A DNA stretch of 64,000 bases. It comes from Tubulanus polymorphus. Taxonomy: Eukaryota; Animalia; Nemertea. The DNA lies in NCBI RefSeq assembly GCF_964204645.1, contig NC_134032.1:3496175-3560174 (forward strand), given 5' to 3'. The translations under genes were made by a program, and so were the position numbers. This document shows, one piece after another, positions 12,651 to 25,900 of this stretch (positions are counted from its first letter, which is position 1; every line of letters begins with the position of its first letter). The notes under the pieces are model-generated. The model was not told the DNA's origin. It worked only from the letters and a program-made list of their open reading frames with translations, and made no database searches.

Positions 12651-15376
12651 CCATCCATTTCAAGTTTTGATTTATTCAGCGAAGATAATATAAAGCTTTA
12701 AAACAGTTTCATGAATTCATCGTCAAGCTAATAATTACTGTACCGACCAACGGCCCCTATATGACCTTATTTCTTATGATACAAGCGCGTTCCTCTCTCA
12801 TTCCATAACCAACCTCCACTTTAATATCGTATATTGCCTGCCTACAGTCCGTTCAGTCGGAGTGTCTGGTCCGGTATACGGAAGAAATGACCCGAGAAAA
12901 AATGTCCCCAGAAAAAATAACAATTATAAATATAGCTGCAAAGCAGCGACAACGGGTTTCCTACAAATCTGCACCATGCCATTCAGGTTGATAGGAATTA
13001 TTGAAAATTTAAATGCCGATACATGAAATATAATGTATTGACAGATTCGAACCTAATATACAACCACTGTGTCAACGTCCAATGTTATTCAGTTTTGAAA
13101 CCGAACTTACGTGGACGTAAAATCGATAAATATGAATTGATTAGACCAAGCATTTATTTTGTATCACCACGCTTTAAATAGATCTGTTCTATTAAGAAAC
13201 TATCTTAAGAATCGGCTGACTCAATAGGTGTTGAATACATTTACTGATATAGTAACGTATTAGGATTTAGAATAAGTTTCAAGGAATTAATCTTTTTATT
13301 GAAATATTTGAATAAATACATATATTGTATTGTAGATTCAATCGATTGATTATGAATTGCTTTGGTCTGGGTATTGGGCCGATGTTGATTTTGGCTTTTA
13401 TGGATTACTAATTCTATACTGATGAACAATTTAAACCTTGCAACACGTGCGTAAATATCAAACCTATTCCACTAGTTAATAAACTGTTAGTCACTGCAAA
13501 CTATTCCAGTGTTATGTCGATTGTGTTAATCGCTTTGCTTGAGTTGAACGATTCAGACCGTACTTGATGCAACATCGGTCGAAAAGAGTTGGTGTCGACC
13601 GACTGCCCTTGACCATTTATCTTCATGTGTTTGACATCAGCATATACCCATGAACCGCAAAATATTCATAGAACATGAAAACCTATATACATGTATACAG
13701 TATTCAAACTTTCACTGATGTTGTTTATTTGAATGAACATTGGCTTATTTCAATATTCTAAAGCACGAAATAATAAGCCCAATCAATAGGCCCTATTCCC
13801 ATTGGAATAATGCGTTCAGCTGTACCGTACACTCATCTGTCGAGATTGGAGAAATCGGTATACTAAACCTACGTACTGCAAAATGTACAGGCCTACATAA
13901 TGATTTCTTGTTTTCTTGTATACAAGCCGTGATCACATGAACGTTTTGGATCGAGGTTTGACTATAAAAGTCAGGTCAGCAGACAAGGCCTGAGCAAAAT
14001 GTAATCACATGGCTCAATTAGCCTTTGTATGCGAATACTTTAAGGAAGGGAAACACGAGCGTATTTTTTTGCCCGATCGCGACGATTAAATTCGCCAGTG
14101 AATTCGTGGTCCCTGAACTTCGCTGAAAAAGCTGAATCAATGAAACGCTGAAACATTGAAATAAAAACGCTGAAATTTCAGGGGATTTCCAAAAAACGCT
14201 GAAATCGTGCTAGGTACGGACAATACACGTTTTGAAATATTTTCCGGGCCGGTGTCCGCTGCCGAGTCCTGAACCGTGTTTTAGTCTCTACCTTCGGTTC
14301 CAGAGACATGCATGGACAGTATGTGTGGAGTATACTTCTAGAGGGCCACTTGTTGGACAAATTAATTCGCTTGAAATTCGGATTTTTAATGCATACAGGC
14401 AGCATAATGAGGAAAACCCATTCACAAACCGTGCAAGCCAACTTAAACACTATGCTCAATATTCTCTGCAAGACGCGAAATGTCTTATTTGAACGTTCAT
14501 GTATAAAACTATAGCAACTTTTCTTTTGTCAACACGTTGATGGGCGACGGACTATGGTATTCTCTGAAGGAGGTAAATTAAATTAGACAGCTAGTTATAT
14601 AAATGATGCAGCTTTTGGACAAAAGGGATCTAACTAAATTTCTTTTTAATTCACCGTGGAATGGAATGGATTGACGCCAATGGCATGCAGTAGGCCCCTA
14701 CGTATGGGTCATACTGATTAGCGTCAACCAATTAATATAAATCGGGCAAACCATTCAACAACTGTGAATAATTTATTTGCTGTGGTGTGATAATTAGTTT
14801 TTTTTTTTTTGAAGAAATGACATACCAACTGTTAGAAAAATGTACCGATTCTTATTTTTAGACTACTACTGAATCTATAAATTGAGGAGTCATAGACAAA
14901 GTTGATTTGCTTAACTGGAGACACTTCTTGTCAAGTACATCATCTCGTACTGGGTGTTTTGTAAGTTTAATTTCAGTATTTATTTACTAAGTGCTGTTCC
15001 CTCGGACCTCAGTGCTTTCAAACTAGGCCCACCCCATAGGCTATATATAGTCCAGGGTGTATTAGCCACTATTCTTTTATTTCCTACTTAAATGCACCTT
15101 TTTCTATTTTTAGACTCAGGCTTAGAATGTGCAAATTTTTTTGTGAGATACTGAGAAATCAGCTGGCACCAGTAAACTTCAACTGCGAAATTTGCAGCAG
15201 GATAGCTGAACGACACAATTTTAAAAAATAAAATAGCTATTCGAATGTTATTTCAATAATAACTTGATTCAACCAGAGGGAAATAAGTCAATTGCGGATG
15301 TACAGTACACCCACTTTTCTTCCTTGTTTCCTGGTACCAAATTTTTAGTCTTAAGCTAATCGATATTCTAAGGTAT

Positions 15377-15564
15377 GAGTAATAGGGGTAATAGGCTTTC
15401 AGGCAAAGGTCGAAGGGTCGAGCTCGTAAAAATGAAAATAACAATAATTTCCAGTTGAATTAGTCGCACACACTCCTAATTCAACTGGAAATTATTGTTA
15501 TTTTCATTTTTTACTCACTCGCCCCTTCAACCTTTAACCTGAAAGCCTATTACCCCTATTACTC
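15377..15564. repeat. 188-bp imperfect hairpin at the left end of the truncated Polinton copy
   Basis: gagtaataggggtaataggctttcagg... is complementary to ...cctgaaagcctattacccctattactc; loop near 15465-15475. Confidence 0.92.
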
Positions 15565-15795
15565 TTAAAATATTCATGTAAATGAATAACATTTAAATTG
15601 ACAGATTATTCAATATAAAAGTGTAAGCATTTATAGAATAGATATATAGATATATTTACAACATTATTTCAATATTTATATTTGTATGAGTTAGATTTTT
15701 AAACATTAAAAGTGTTAGTAAAGTGTGATTGAAATAATACATGATATAAATCATTGAACTTCTAAAATCAATTTAAAAAAAAATTTAGTATTAAA

Positions 15796-17945
15796 ATGGA
15801 AGCAAATAAGTACTACTGCCCAACATGTAATATCAATATAGATAAATCCCAAAAATCAAGACACAATAAAACTAAAACACATTTAGAGAATAAATTGAAA
15901 CTAGAATATAAAGATGATTTATTAGAAACTAAATTAGATGAATTAAAGAATGAAAAAGAAACATACAAATGTGATACATGTAATCAATCATTCAGTGATA
16001 AAGGATATTATAAAGAACATTTAAAATCTAAAAGTCATATTAGAAATAAGAATAATGATATTTTAGGTGAAGATTATTTTGATAAAGATAATGATAAGAA
16101 TCAGAAGACAATTAAAAGCATAACAAATAAATCAAACAATAAAAGACCATACACGGAAGATGTAAGAAAATATATTAATTTATTGGATAATAAAAAAGAT
16201 ATAGAGATAACCGAAGCATTTAAAAGTGATATTGGCCCAGCAGCTATCGAGTTTAAATTTCATAAAGGAAAAACATTAGAAGAAAATAAAAAACATTTAG
16301 AAAATATGAAAGAAATAATAAAAATAATAACTGATGTTGAATACCCTAAAATTAGTATATCTTCTAAAGTAAAGTTTATAAAATCTGAAGATAAACCAAT
16401 ATATAATATAAGTTCTCATTCACAACATATTATATCTAAACAACATATAGATGATAAATTAGATAAATGTTATAATGAAGTAAAAACTAAAATAGAAGAG
16501 AAATATTTTGAAGGATCTGGTTTAATATTTGATGAAATAATATTTATGACTTTACATGTTTATAACACAAAATATAATAAGTTAACTAAATCAAAACCAA
16601 TTGATGAAAATAATGTATCATATTATAAAGAACCAGATATTGAAGCATCGAGTTATATTAAACTACCATTTAAAACTAATGCTGTAATAAATGTACAAAA
16701 TGAAGATGATAAATGTTTTCTATGGACAATTATAAGTTGTTTACACCCAGTTGAAGATTATAATAAACATAGTTTTAGATTAACAAATTATAAACAATTT
16801 GAAAATAATTATAAGATAGATAAGTATCCTGTTATAATTAAAAACATCCCAAAAATAGAAAGAGATGATAATTTAAAGATAAATGTATTTGATTTAATCA
16901 AATTACCAAATACAAAAGGTAAAAATATAAAACATTATACATTAGAACCTTTATACCTATCAAAAGATTATGATTCAAATGATGTTATAGATATACTATA
17001 TTATGAGAATCATTATATGTGGATTAAACAAATAGATTTATTCTTTAGAACAGAAAGTGATCACCATAATAAAATATATCTATGTAGAAAATGTTAACAT
17101 AGATTCAGTAATGAAAGTACATTATTAAATCATAAACAATTATGTGAAAATCATGATTATTGTAAATTAGTTTTACCAAATGAAAAAGATAAAATATTAG
17201 TATTCAAAAAATATGATTACAAAAATAAAGTACCATTTGTTATATATGGAGATTTTGAATCATTAAATAAAGAATTAACTGATCAAGATAGAAAAGAAAT
17301 ATATTATAAAAGAAAGAAATTAAATTCTAATGAAAATGATTTTTCAGATGAACCACCAAAAACAAATACTATTAAAAAGATTCATCAATCAGCTGCAGCT
17401 TTCGGGTTATATATTAAATCTGATTATCCAGAACTAATTGAAAGTGAATATTATAATTACAGAAATGAAAATGTTATCAATCATTTTTGTGACTCATTAA
17501 TCGAATATGAAATAAGATTTAGTAAATTATTGAATACAAATAAAGAAATTATAATGACAGAAGAAGATAAAGAAGTATTTGCATTTGCAGATAAATGTTA
17601 TTATTGTTAAAAGATATTTAATTATAAAGATAAAAAAGTAAGAGACCATGATCATTTGAATGGAAAGTTTAGAGGCGCTGCACATGAGAATTGTAACTTA
17701 CAAGCTAAGAAAATTAATTTTGTACCAGTTATATTTCATAATCTATCAGGATATGATGCACATTTATTCATTAAACAGTTATGCCATAAAATAGAAGAAA
17801 TTAATAATGAAATAGAAAGATTAAATTCAAATAGATCAAAAGATAAAATACCAACTTATAAATTTAGAATGTTAGCTAAAACATCTGAGAATTATATATC
17901 ATTCCAACTTGGGTGTTTAAGATTTATAGATTCATATAGATTTTT
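15796..17945 (+). pseudogene. pPolB pseudogene (5' half)
   Basis: Closely similar to the first ~715 codons of 43569-47600; in-frame TAA at 17095-17097 and at ~17608; truncated. Confidence 0.95.
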
Positions 17946-18890
17946 AAATACTCAGAACTCCTTTTTCAGTTTTAATAATTCATATTTTGAACAGGTCTTT
18001 GGCACGTCCACGGGAACCCCCTTTGCTCCATTTTAGCAAATTTATTTCTCGAACATGTCGAAACTGAATTATTACCTCCTCTATACTGGCACTCCCCCTA
18101 AGCTTTGGTTACGATATGTTTATGACGTTCTTGCGCTTATTCCTTGCGATTTTGATATTGATTTATTTCTCTTATTCATTAACTCTGTTTACCCCTCGAT
18201 GAACTTCACATTTGAATTGGAAGTTGATGGAAAAATCCCATTTTTAGACGTGTGCATTCATAATTATTTGTCGTGTTTGAAATTCTCAGTTTATAGGAAA
18301 GCCACTCATTCTGGATCCTACTTGCGTTATTTTCCCTTTACCACTTATAGCATAAAACTCGGTGTTGCTCAGGGATTATTTCTTCGTGCTTTTAGGATTT
18401 GCGACCCCCTTTTTCTCGATGATGAACTCACCCAGATCAGGAATTCACTTAATAAGTTAGCTTATCCTTACGACCTTTTGAATAAAGCTCATTTTCGATC
18501 CCGTCGCACCCATTTTTGTAATTCTCGAGTTTCGCGCCCTCAGAAACTCGCTTCACTTGTACCCTCATTATTCTGTTAGCTTGTTTACCTCCGTTTGACA
18601 CTTCCACTCATCCACTCTCCCTCCGTCCCTCCCTCCCCGGATTTTGTTATTTAATTACTTTAATCTTAATCCTTTAATCTTAATCATTTGTCATATTCTA
18701 GTATAAATATCCTGTTATTTGATTTTATTCTCAGTACACCTGATGATGGCTAACAGTTGTACGCCTGATGATGGCTAACAGTTTTACACCTGATGATGGC
18801 TAACAGTTGTACGTCTGATGATGGCTAACAGTTTTACACCTGATGATGCCTAACAGTTGTTAGCGGAAACGTCGCTCCTCAAATAAACCA
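17946..18890 (+). mobile_element. 5'-truncated Penelope-like retroelement (RT C-terminus/thumb and 3' region)
   Basis: NSFFSFNNSYFEQVFGTSTGTP..LANLFLE..WLRYVYD (YVDD mutated)..IPFLDV..VYRKATH..LRAFRIC; followed by hammerhead-like repeats and AATAAA at ~18882. Confidence 0.88.
18736..18874 (+). ncRNA. Hammerhead-ribozyme-like motif preceded by tandem 25-bp partial copies
   Basis: Five units of ac(a/g)(c/t)CTGATGAtg(g/c)ctaacagtt(g/t)t; the last continues into a ctaac-agtt-gttag stem then GAAAC, i.e. CUGAUGA-stem II-GAAA as in Penelope-associated minimal hammerheads. Confidence 0.7.
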
Positions 18891-19105
18891 TTCTGATATA
18901 GAATTTTTCAATCTTGGCTTCGTTATCGTAGGATTTCTCTCGTCATCATCATACACGGATATTGTGTATCTTCTCGTCTAAACCCAAATCTTATATGAGT
19001 ATATCTGATTAGGGCGGCAGAATCGATGGATCGGAACTAGACCTAGCGATCAAAAGGTGGTTATGAGTGATATAATATTATAGTGAAACCCTCCCCGATG
19101 AGCTG

Positions 19106-19544
19106 CCCTCTCTCAGGGCGTCCCTCATTTCCCTCTCTCAGGGCGTCCCTCATTTCCCTCTCTCAGGGTGTCCCTCATTTCCCTCTCTCAGGGCGTCCCT
19201 CATTTCCCTCTCTCAGGGTGTCCCTCATTTCACTCTCTCAGGGTGTCCCTCATTTCCCTCTCTCAGGGCATCCCTCATTTCACTCTCTCAGGGCATCCCT
19301 CATTTCACTCTCTCAGGGTGTCCATCTTTTCACTCTCTCAGGGTGTCCCTCATTTCCCTCATTTCCCTCTCTCAGGGTGTCCATCATTTCCCTCTCTCAG
19401 GGCATCCCTCATTTCCCTCTCTCAGGGCATCCCTCATTTCACTCTCTCAGGGTGTCCCTCATTTCACTCTCTCAGGGCATCCCTCATTTCCCTCTCTCAG
19501 GGTGTCCATCATTTCCCTCTCTCAGGGCATCCCTCATTTCCCTC
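19106..19544. repeat. 25-bp minisatellite (~17 copies)
   Basis: Unit c(c/a)ctctctcaggg(cg/tg/ca)tccctcattt. Confidence 0.95.
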
Positions 19545-19900
19545 AATCCCGGCACGTATACCGGGTTGATATATGAGGGTATATATGACTTCTCCTGGTC
19601 CTACCCCTCAGACCTACCCCTCTAGATATTTCAATCAGCGAAGATTATACACGTTTAAGTATTTATTAATATCCGCCCTGATAGTTGTTAAACGATGATT
19701 CTTCCTTATATGGACATGTTTTTTGTAGAAGGAAGTGAAATTTTCATATAAAAACGTTGGTGTCCTAATAGTTTAACGCACAGTGCGACGCAGTTTTCTG
19801 ATTTATAAAGTTGATGATATCGGTGTCCGTGTGAATATTATATAAACACAGTTTTTGTTAGTGGTTCACAGTTAGTTGTTTAGTATCGATAAGTCTCAAT

Positions 19901-22900
19901 ATGGCGTCGATGAAGAGTTTGTTTGTAGTCGCTGTATTTTTATACGTCGGGAATTCTCTAGGTAAGCGCATATTTATATCAATATCTCTGGGCGATCGAT
20001 GTCAATGGATTCATTCTCACGCTTGAAACCGTTGGATTCAACGCTCCGACGACCTAGGAGGCACTTTCCTTATTATCTACATCTTTTTTAATTGATGTAT
20101 TCAAACGCAAGTCACAGATACTCTAGAACTATAGACGATAGTGGTTTTGATCCATATTTTAAAAACGCAATTATCAACTGTCTAATCTGATGTCTAATGT
20201 TCTAATAATCTGTTGTTTGTTGTTTCATGTTCCAGTTATTTAAGTGTCTAATGATCTTATGATAGTAACGATACTGTTTTTCAAACCCGAAGTAAAGTTC
20301 TGGCTTCCAACTACTGTCCAAGATCTCATGATCAACTGTCTAATAATCTAATGATGAACTGTTAAATATTCTAATGATCTACTGTCTAATGATTTAATGA
20401 CGAACTGTCTAATGGTCTCTAATGATCTACTGTCTAATGATTTAATGACGAACTGTCTAATGATCTACTTTCTAATGATCTAATGATGAACTGCCCAATG
20501 ACCTTTTTTTAAATTATTGTATTTATTATTTTATTCATTTTATTTTATTTTTTTAATTTATAATATTTTATTTATAATATCCTTTTTTATCCTTTGCCAC
20601 TCATGATCAACTGTCTAATAATCTAATGATGAACTGTTCAATGTTCTAATGATCTACTGTCTAATGACCTAATGATTAATGGTTTTTACCTCAAAATTGC
20701 AAAGTTAAAGTAGATCAGAGTTTTTAGAGTCTATACAAATCGGAGATTGTGCAATACATCCTAGCAAAGTGGTACGGAATCTGGGTGATTATTTTGACAT
20801 CAATATGACCATGGATCACCATGTTAAACAAGTCTGCAAGACAGCTTCTTTTGGTCTTTACAAAATAGGCAAAATTAGACATTTTTTAAATAATCCAATC
20901 ATGGAAAGATTAGTTCATTGTTTTCTAGACTTGATTACTGCAATAGTCTGTTACTTGGTACAAGTCAGTACAATATAGAAAAGTTGCGGCTTATCCAAAA
21001 CTGCTGCCCGACTTGTCACGAGATCAAAAAAGGTTAATTCGATTACTCCAATACTTGCGTGCGCCGGGCTTTAAGTTATTTCGAAAATAGTGACCATTTA
21101 CGAGGAAGGCAAGATGATAAATAGATTCTGGTAGATATCCAGTCATCTTTCCTTTATCATAGAGTATTTCAATTCAGATTATGAAGGTCCAGGATTTATT
21201 TTATACACTTAATGATTAAATTTGGGGTCGGGTTTGATGATCAATTTTCAAATTGCCAGAGGCTCCGAAGACGATGTAGAAGACTGCAAGTATATCTGAT
21301 GTGTGGATCCCTGTAACACGCTCCTACATGGTTGTGATAGGATACTGTAGTATCCTCTCTTCATAAACCCTCCCCCCACTGGTGCAGACTCTATTCTTTT
21401 ATTCAAAGATTTAGATTAATAATTATCAGGATCCAGTTCCATAGTTCCACTTGAGTTTATGATTCTAGGATTAAATCTTTGAAGATGAACTAATACAGAA
21501 CTGTGAACTGTTCTAGATTTTCAGTATTCGTTACTGCTTTATCCAGAGAAATACTGATTTGTTTTGTTACAAAAATATGAAAGATGTTACTGAGGGTTTT
21601 ACTGTTGATAACTGATTAATTTGAGCAGAAATATGAAAGATGTTACTGAGGGTCTTACTGTTGATAACTGATTAATTTGAACAGAAATATGAAAGATGTT
21701 ACTGAGGGTCTTACTGTTGATAACTGATTAATTTGAACAGAAATATGAAAGATGTCATTGAGGGTCTTACTGTCGATTACTGATTAATTGTCTTTCATAT
21801 TTCAATAGAAAATTCAGTTTGTTACTGATGGCAGTTTTTAGAGGTTGCAGCCTTGTTAATTTAAACACAAGATTCCAAATAGATTGAAGTGATTTTTCTC
21901 AATGATTTCAAGCACATATTCGTATATATCACATCAAATAGGAAGTTGATTGTAAATCTATTAATAGATTAGATTTTGACGTGAGGCATTTATACATTAC
22001 ACATTGACAGCAGTTAAAACTGTGACTTTTTACTTCAGTAAACGGCCAATATGACGCGTTGTTCCGGACCTGTAGCCAGCAGTTTTCATGGGCAATTCTT
22101 TTATTTTAATAAAGCATAGGCAATATAGTAGTTCATTGAAGAGTTTGTGTTAGCGGTAGGGAATCAAACCCTTGTAAGCGAGGAATAGATGAAGGTCTCT
22201 GAATTCAGGCATAAATTACACCGCGAACCTAGTGTGTGATAAAGGATCGTAGAGCAAAAGGTGAAACCAAAATCAGTCGACCTTTTTGGGAACAAAACAG
22301 TCACACACAGCCGACCGACCTATTTCTGAGCTGATAGGCACTTGGGAGATACAAATGTAAGAAAGATTAATTAAGATCAAAGCAACTTTAAAATTTCCCT
22401 TGAAAATTTTTAGAATGTATAAAAAGTGCTGATTTCTGCGAAGAATAATGGCCACTAGTCGGCCATCTTTATTCAGAACGCGTCAGTTTTTGGGGGCGAG
22501 CGATAATTCACCGACGTAGCATAATTATTCTAGTAAACACTATTTTGCCGATACCTCGCTCTGATTGGCTCATTTACACCGCGCATGCGTACTGAGGTGC
22601 ACGACTTTAAAAATGTGTAGAGAAAATCAAGCGGAGAGAAAAGAGAACAGTATTGAAACTGAGGCCTGCGAGCACTGGCACAGTTACTTACTACTAGACC
22701 ACCGCGGCACAGTCAAATACAGTCGGAATCTTTTACCAGCCCTCAACCTAACCTTAACCCCAATAGTCAGCGCCGTATGTCTATAAAATGTGTTGTGAAA
22801 TGAGATAGAATTTTGAATAAAATTAATTTGCCGCTTTAATTTTGACAGTATTTCCGCGCCATGATATGAGGCAGCAGCAGTTTCTGTATAAGTTCATTGA

Positions 22901-25900
22901 TATTTTTTCTATATTGGCAGATGTTAAAACTGACTCAAGTTGCAGTAACGGGTGGTCATATAGATTACAGACCGGTTTCTGTACATTCATTGATATGTTT
23001 TCTATATTAGCAGACGCGAACACAGATTCAACTTGCAGTCGGTCATACAGATTACAGACCGGTAGATCAGGTTACATCACGAGTCCTGGATATCCGGACA
23101 ATTATAGTGAGAACCTGCGGTGTTTATGGAAGATTGTTCCACCTGTAAACAAGGTAAATATAAAACACAGGAAATTGTGAATATAAGGAGTGAGAAATAT
23201 TCACTGTTAAACCGGGTGCGCACACCTTTGCGATCATCATATCATCGCATGCGATGAAACAATGAAAATCGCATCATCCCCGCATACCTTAGCGATTTTT
23301 ATGAAGGCCTCGAGTTGGATTCAAACACGTGACTGCGCCGCCATTTTGAGCATCACGTGACTGCTTCATCCTTAATTCTGATTGGCTACTAAAAATTTTC
23401 GTTCGGAAAATCGGCAGCGTAGCCCGCAGACCTTTACGATTTTTATCGTACGGAAAAATCGAATGCGAAAATATCGAACATGTTTGATTTGTTGCGATGA
23501 TGCGATGTAATCGGCTCCGGATGCCACGGCATACCTTTACGACGACGCGATAAAACCATGCGATGAAGCAATCATACGATCGATCGCACAGGTTTGCGCC
23601 GGGCTTTAGAGAGAATATTTTTGTCAGCACATTTTGTACGAGTTTGGAACGGAACTTATATTTATTTCTCTTTGAACCTGACAATCGGGTGCGGAACTGT
23701 TTAACTATTACATTACATCACATTACATCACTCATTATCAATAGGGCTAACTATTAATGATTACTACCAGTTAGAATGGTGCGAACACATTTCATCATTA
23801 TCAATAGGGCTAACCCTTAATGATTACAACCAATTAGAATGGTGCGAACACATTTCAATAACGACGAATCTTAAATCATTTCTATTTCAGAGAGTAGAAA
23901 TATCGTTTGATCCTAGTTTTCACATACAGCGTACGTATAGCAGCTCGGATGACAAATTATTTTTATTTCAGAAAGTTAAAATATTGTTTGAAACATTCAA
24001 CCTGGAGAGTCCAGATGACGGGTATTGCTATGACTATATAGCGGGTAAGAATCGATTTACGTTCTTCATTATTTTCTTTTTAAGAAACGAATCATGATTT
24101 AATTTCGCATGAGTCCAAAAATAGTCTTCACTCTTTAGAATGGTTTTAAATCTTATCAGTGAAACTGAACTCTGAATTATATTTGTGTATTTACTTTTGA
24201 CTTTCATCTTTTATCAGTATTTTTATAATAACTATTTAGTAAAAGTGGAGATGAATAAAGATATATTAGAATCATTATGATTATTGTATTACAGTACGTG
24301 GAATTAAATATTGTGGCAGTACAGCGCCCTCTACACGATACTATTCTGGTAATGTGTATATACAGTTTAGATCAGACGGCAATAAAAACTATAAAGGGTT
24401 TAAACTGATTTGGAGGATATTAAAAGGTAGCTCATAATGAGAAGTTTATCATGGAATCAGTAAATCACATATAAAACAATTCAATTCAATATTTATTTGT
24501 AGTTGATTCGACTTGTAGTGAGACACCTAGAGTACAGGATGGTACATCAGGTTACATTACCAGTCCTAAATATCCGGACAAGTATTATAACAGCCTCAAT
24601 TGTAGCTGGAGGATTGAGACTCCAAAAAACAAGGTAAATATCTACATTGTGTATTTGTGAAATGTTGATCCTAGAAAAAAAAAAATGATATTGTCGCGAT
24701 TTCTGCACGAGCAGGTCTCAGGAGTGAGAAATATTTGCACTAGTAGAAACTCAATGGGGCTAAGATTAGGTCTAACCTTATCCCGGGATTTGGTTTAACC
24801 GATTATTCCGGGTTTAAGTTATAACTGATCAAAATAAACAGTTCCTGAAATAGATAATGAATGATAATTTAATTCTAAGTTTGTATATATATTTTTGCAG
24901 CTGGTTGAAATATCATTTGACAAGAATTTTCGTATAGAGGCCACAAGTAAAGGTGTTTGCTGTGACGAGTTGACGATAAAAAGTGAAATCGGTAAAAATC
25001 TAAACACTCTTCACAACGTGAATAATATTTATGATTCATAAAGTTTTATCAGATTTATTTCTTCATCAGGGAGTGATGAGTATTGCGGCTGGACTGCTCC
25101 TGGTAAACGATTATACACTGGAAATAAAGCAATACAATTTACATCAGACGCCGCTACAAACTATGTCGGGTTCAAACTGTACTGGCGGTTTGTACCAGGG
25201 AAAGGTAAAGATAGCTTAACGATAAATATGGTAAAAAAATGAAATATTTGAACGAAATTCTGAAACTGATGAGATCCATGGATACCACATAAATCTGTTG
25301 TTATTTCTTTCAGGTTCAGTTTGGCAGGTGATAGTGTTTACAGGGCGTACAAGTATTATAACACAAACAGTCCGGATAGGTTTCGGTGAGACAGGTAGTG
25401 ACGTCACGTACTTCCACCTGGGAACCGAGTTCGAGGCCGGTTCAAACAAGACTCATAAACTGTTGTTACCAGTGAACATCACAAATCCACAACCACCGAG
25501 AAAACTCATGTTGAAAACTGCACGGAAAACAAACTGGCGCGTCATCCAGGTTATAGAAATATGGAGAGTGAGGGGAGAGAGAGGCCGGTGTGAATTTGAT
25601 ATTAACTCATATATTCATATATTTAAATTCAACAGGTGGCGCTAGTAGGTGTGATAGATGGTGACAATGTTGTGTACATGTATAACTGCAGTAAGAGCCA
25701 CACATACACAAAGAGACAGACTTGTATTAATCAATCAGAAATTCATAAACCAGGTTCGTTAAAACGTATTATTGCACTCAGAATACCCTATTAACTGAAC
25801 TTATAATTAGACTGTTGCGGTAAGCCTAGGCTAACAAACCTTTCCTTTTAAAACCTGAGTTATGAGCAACTTAACGCCCCAGCGGGCAAGGTGTAAAGTC

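Larger units (their letters stand above)
15377..17945 (+). mobile_element. Truncated second copy of the Polinton/Maverick (left end plus 5' half of pPolB)
   Basis: Colinear with 43219-~45714, starting at the same hairpin; ends abruptly at RFIDSYRF where Penelope-like sequence begins. Confidence 0.95.

Noticed and set aside
18736-18860. CRISPR-like appearance of short regular repeats (also 21573-21790, 30301-30790, 59118-59430)
   Set aside because: No unique spacers of constant length, no cas genes, eukaryotic context.
19083-19625. Three overlapping ORFs of 77-180 aa
   Set aside because: Translations of the stop-free 25-bp minisatellite.
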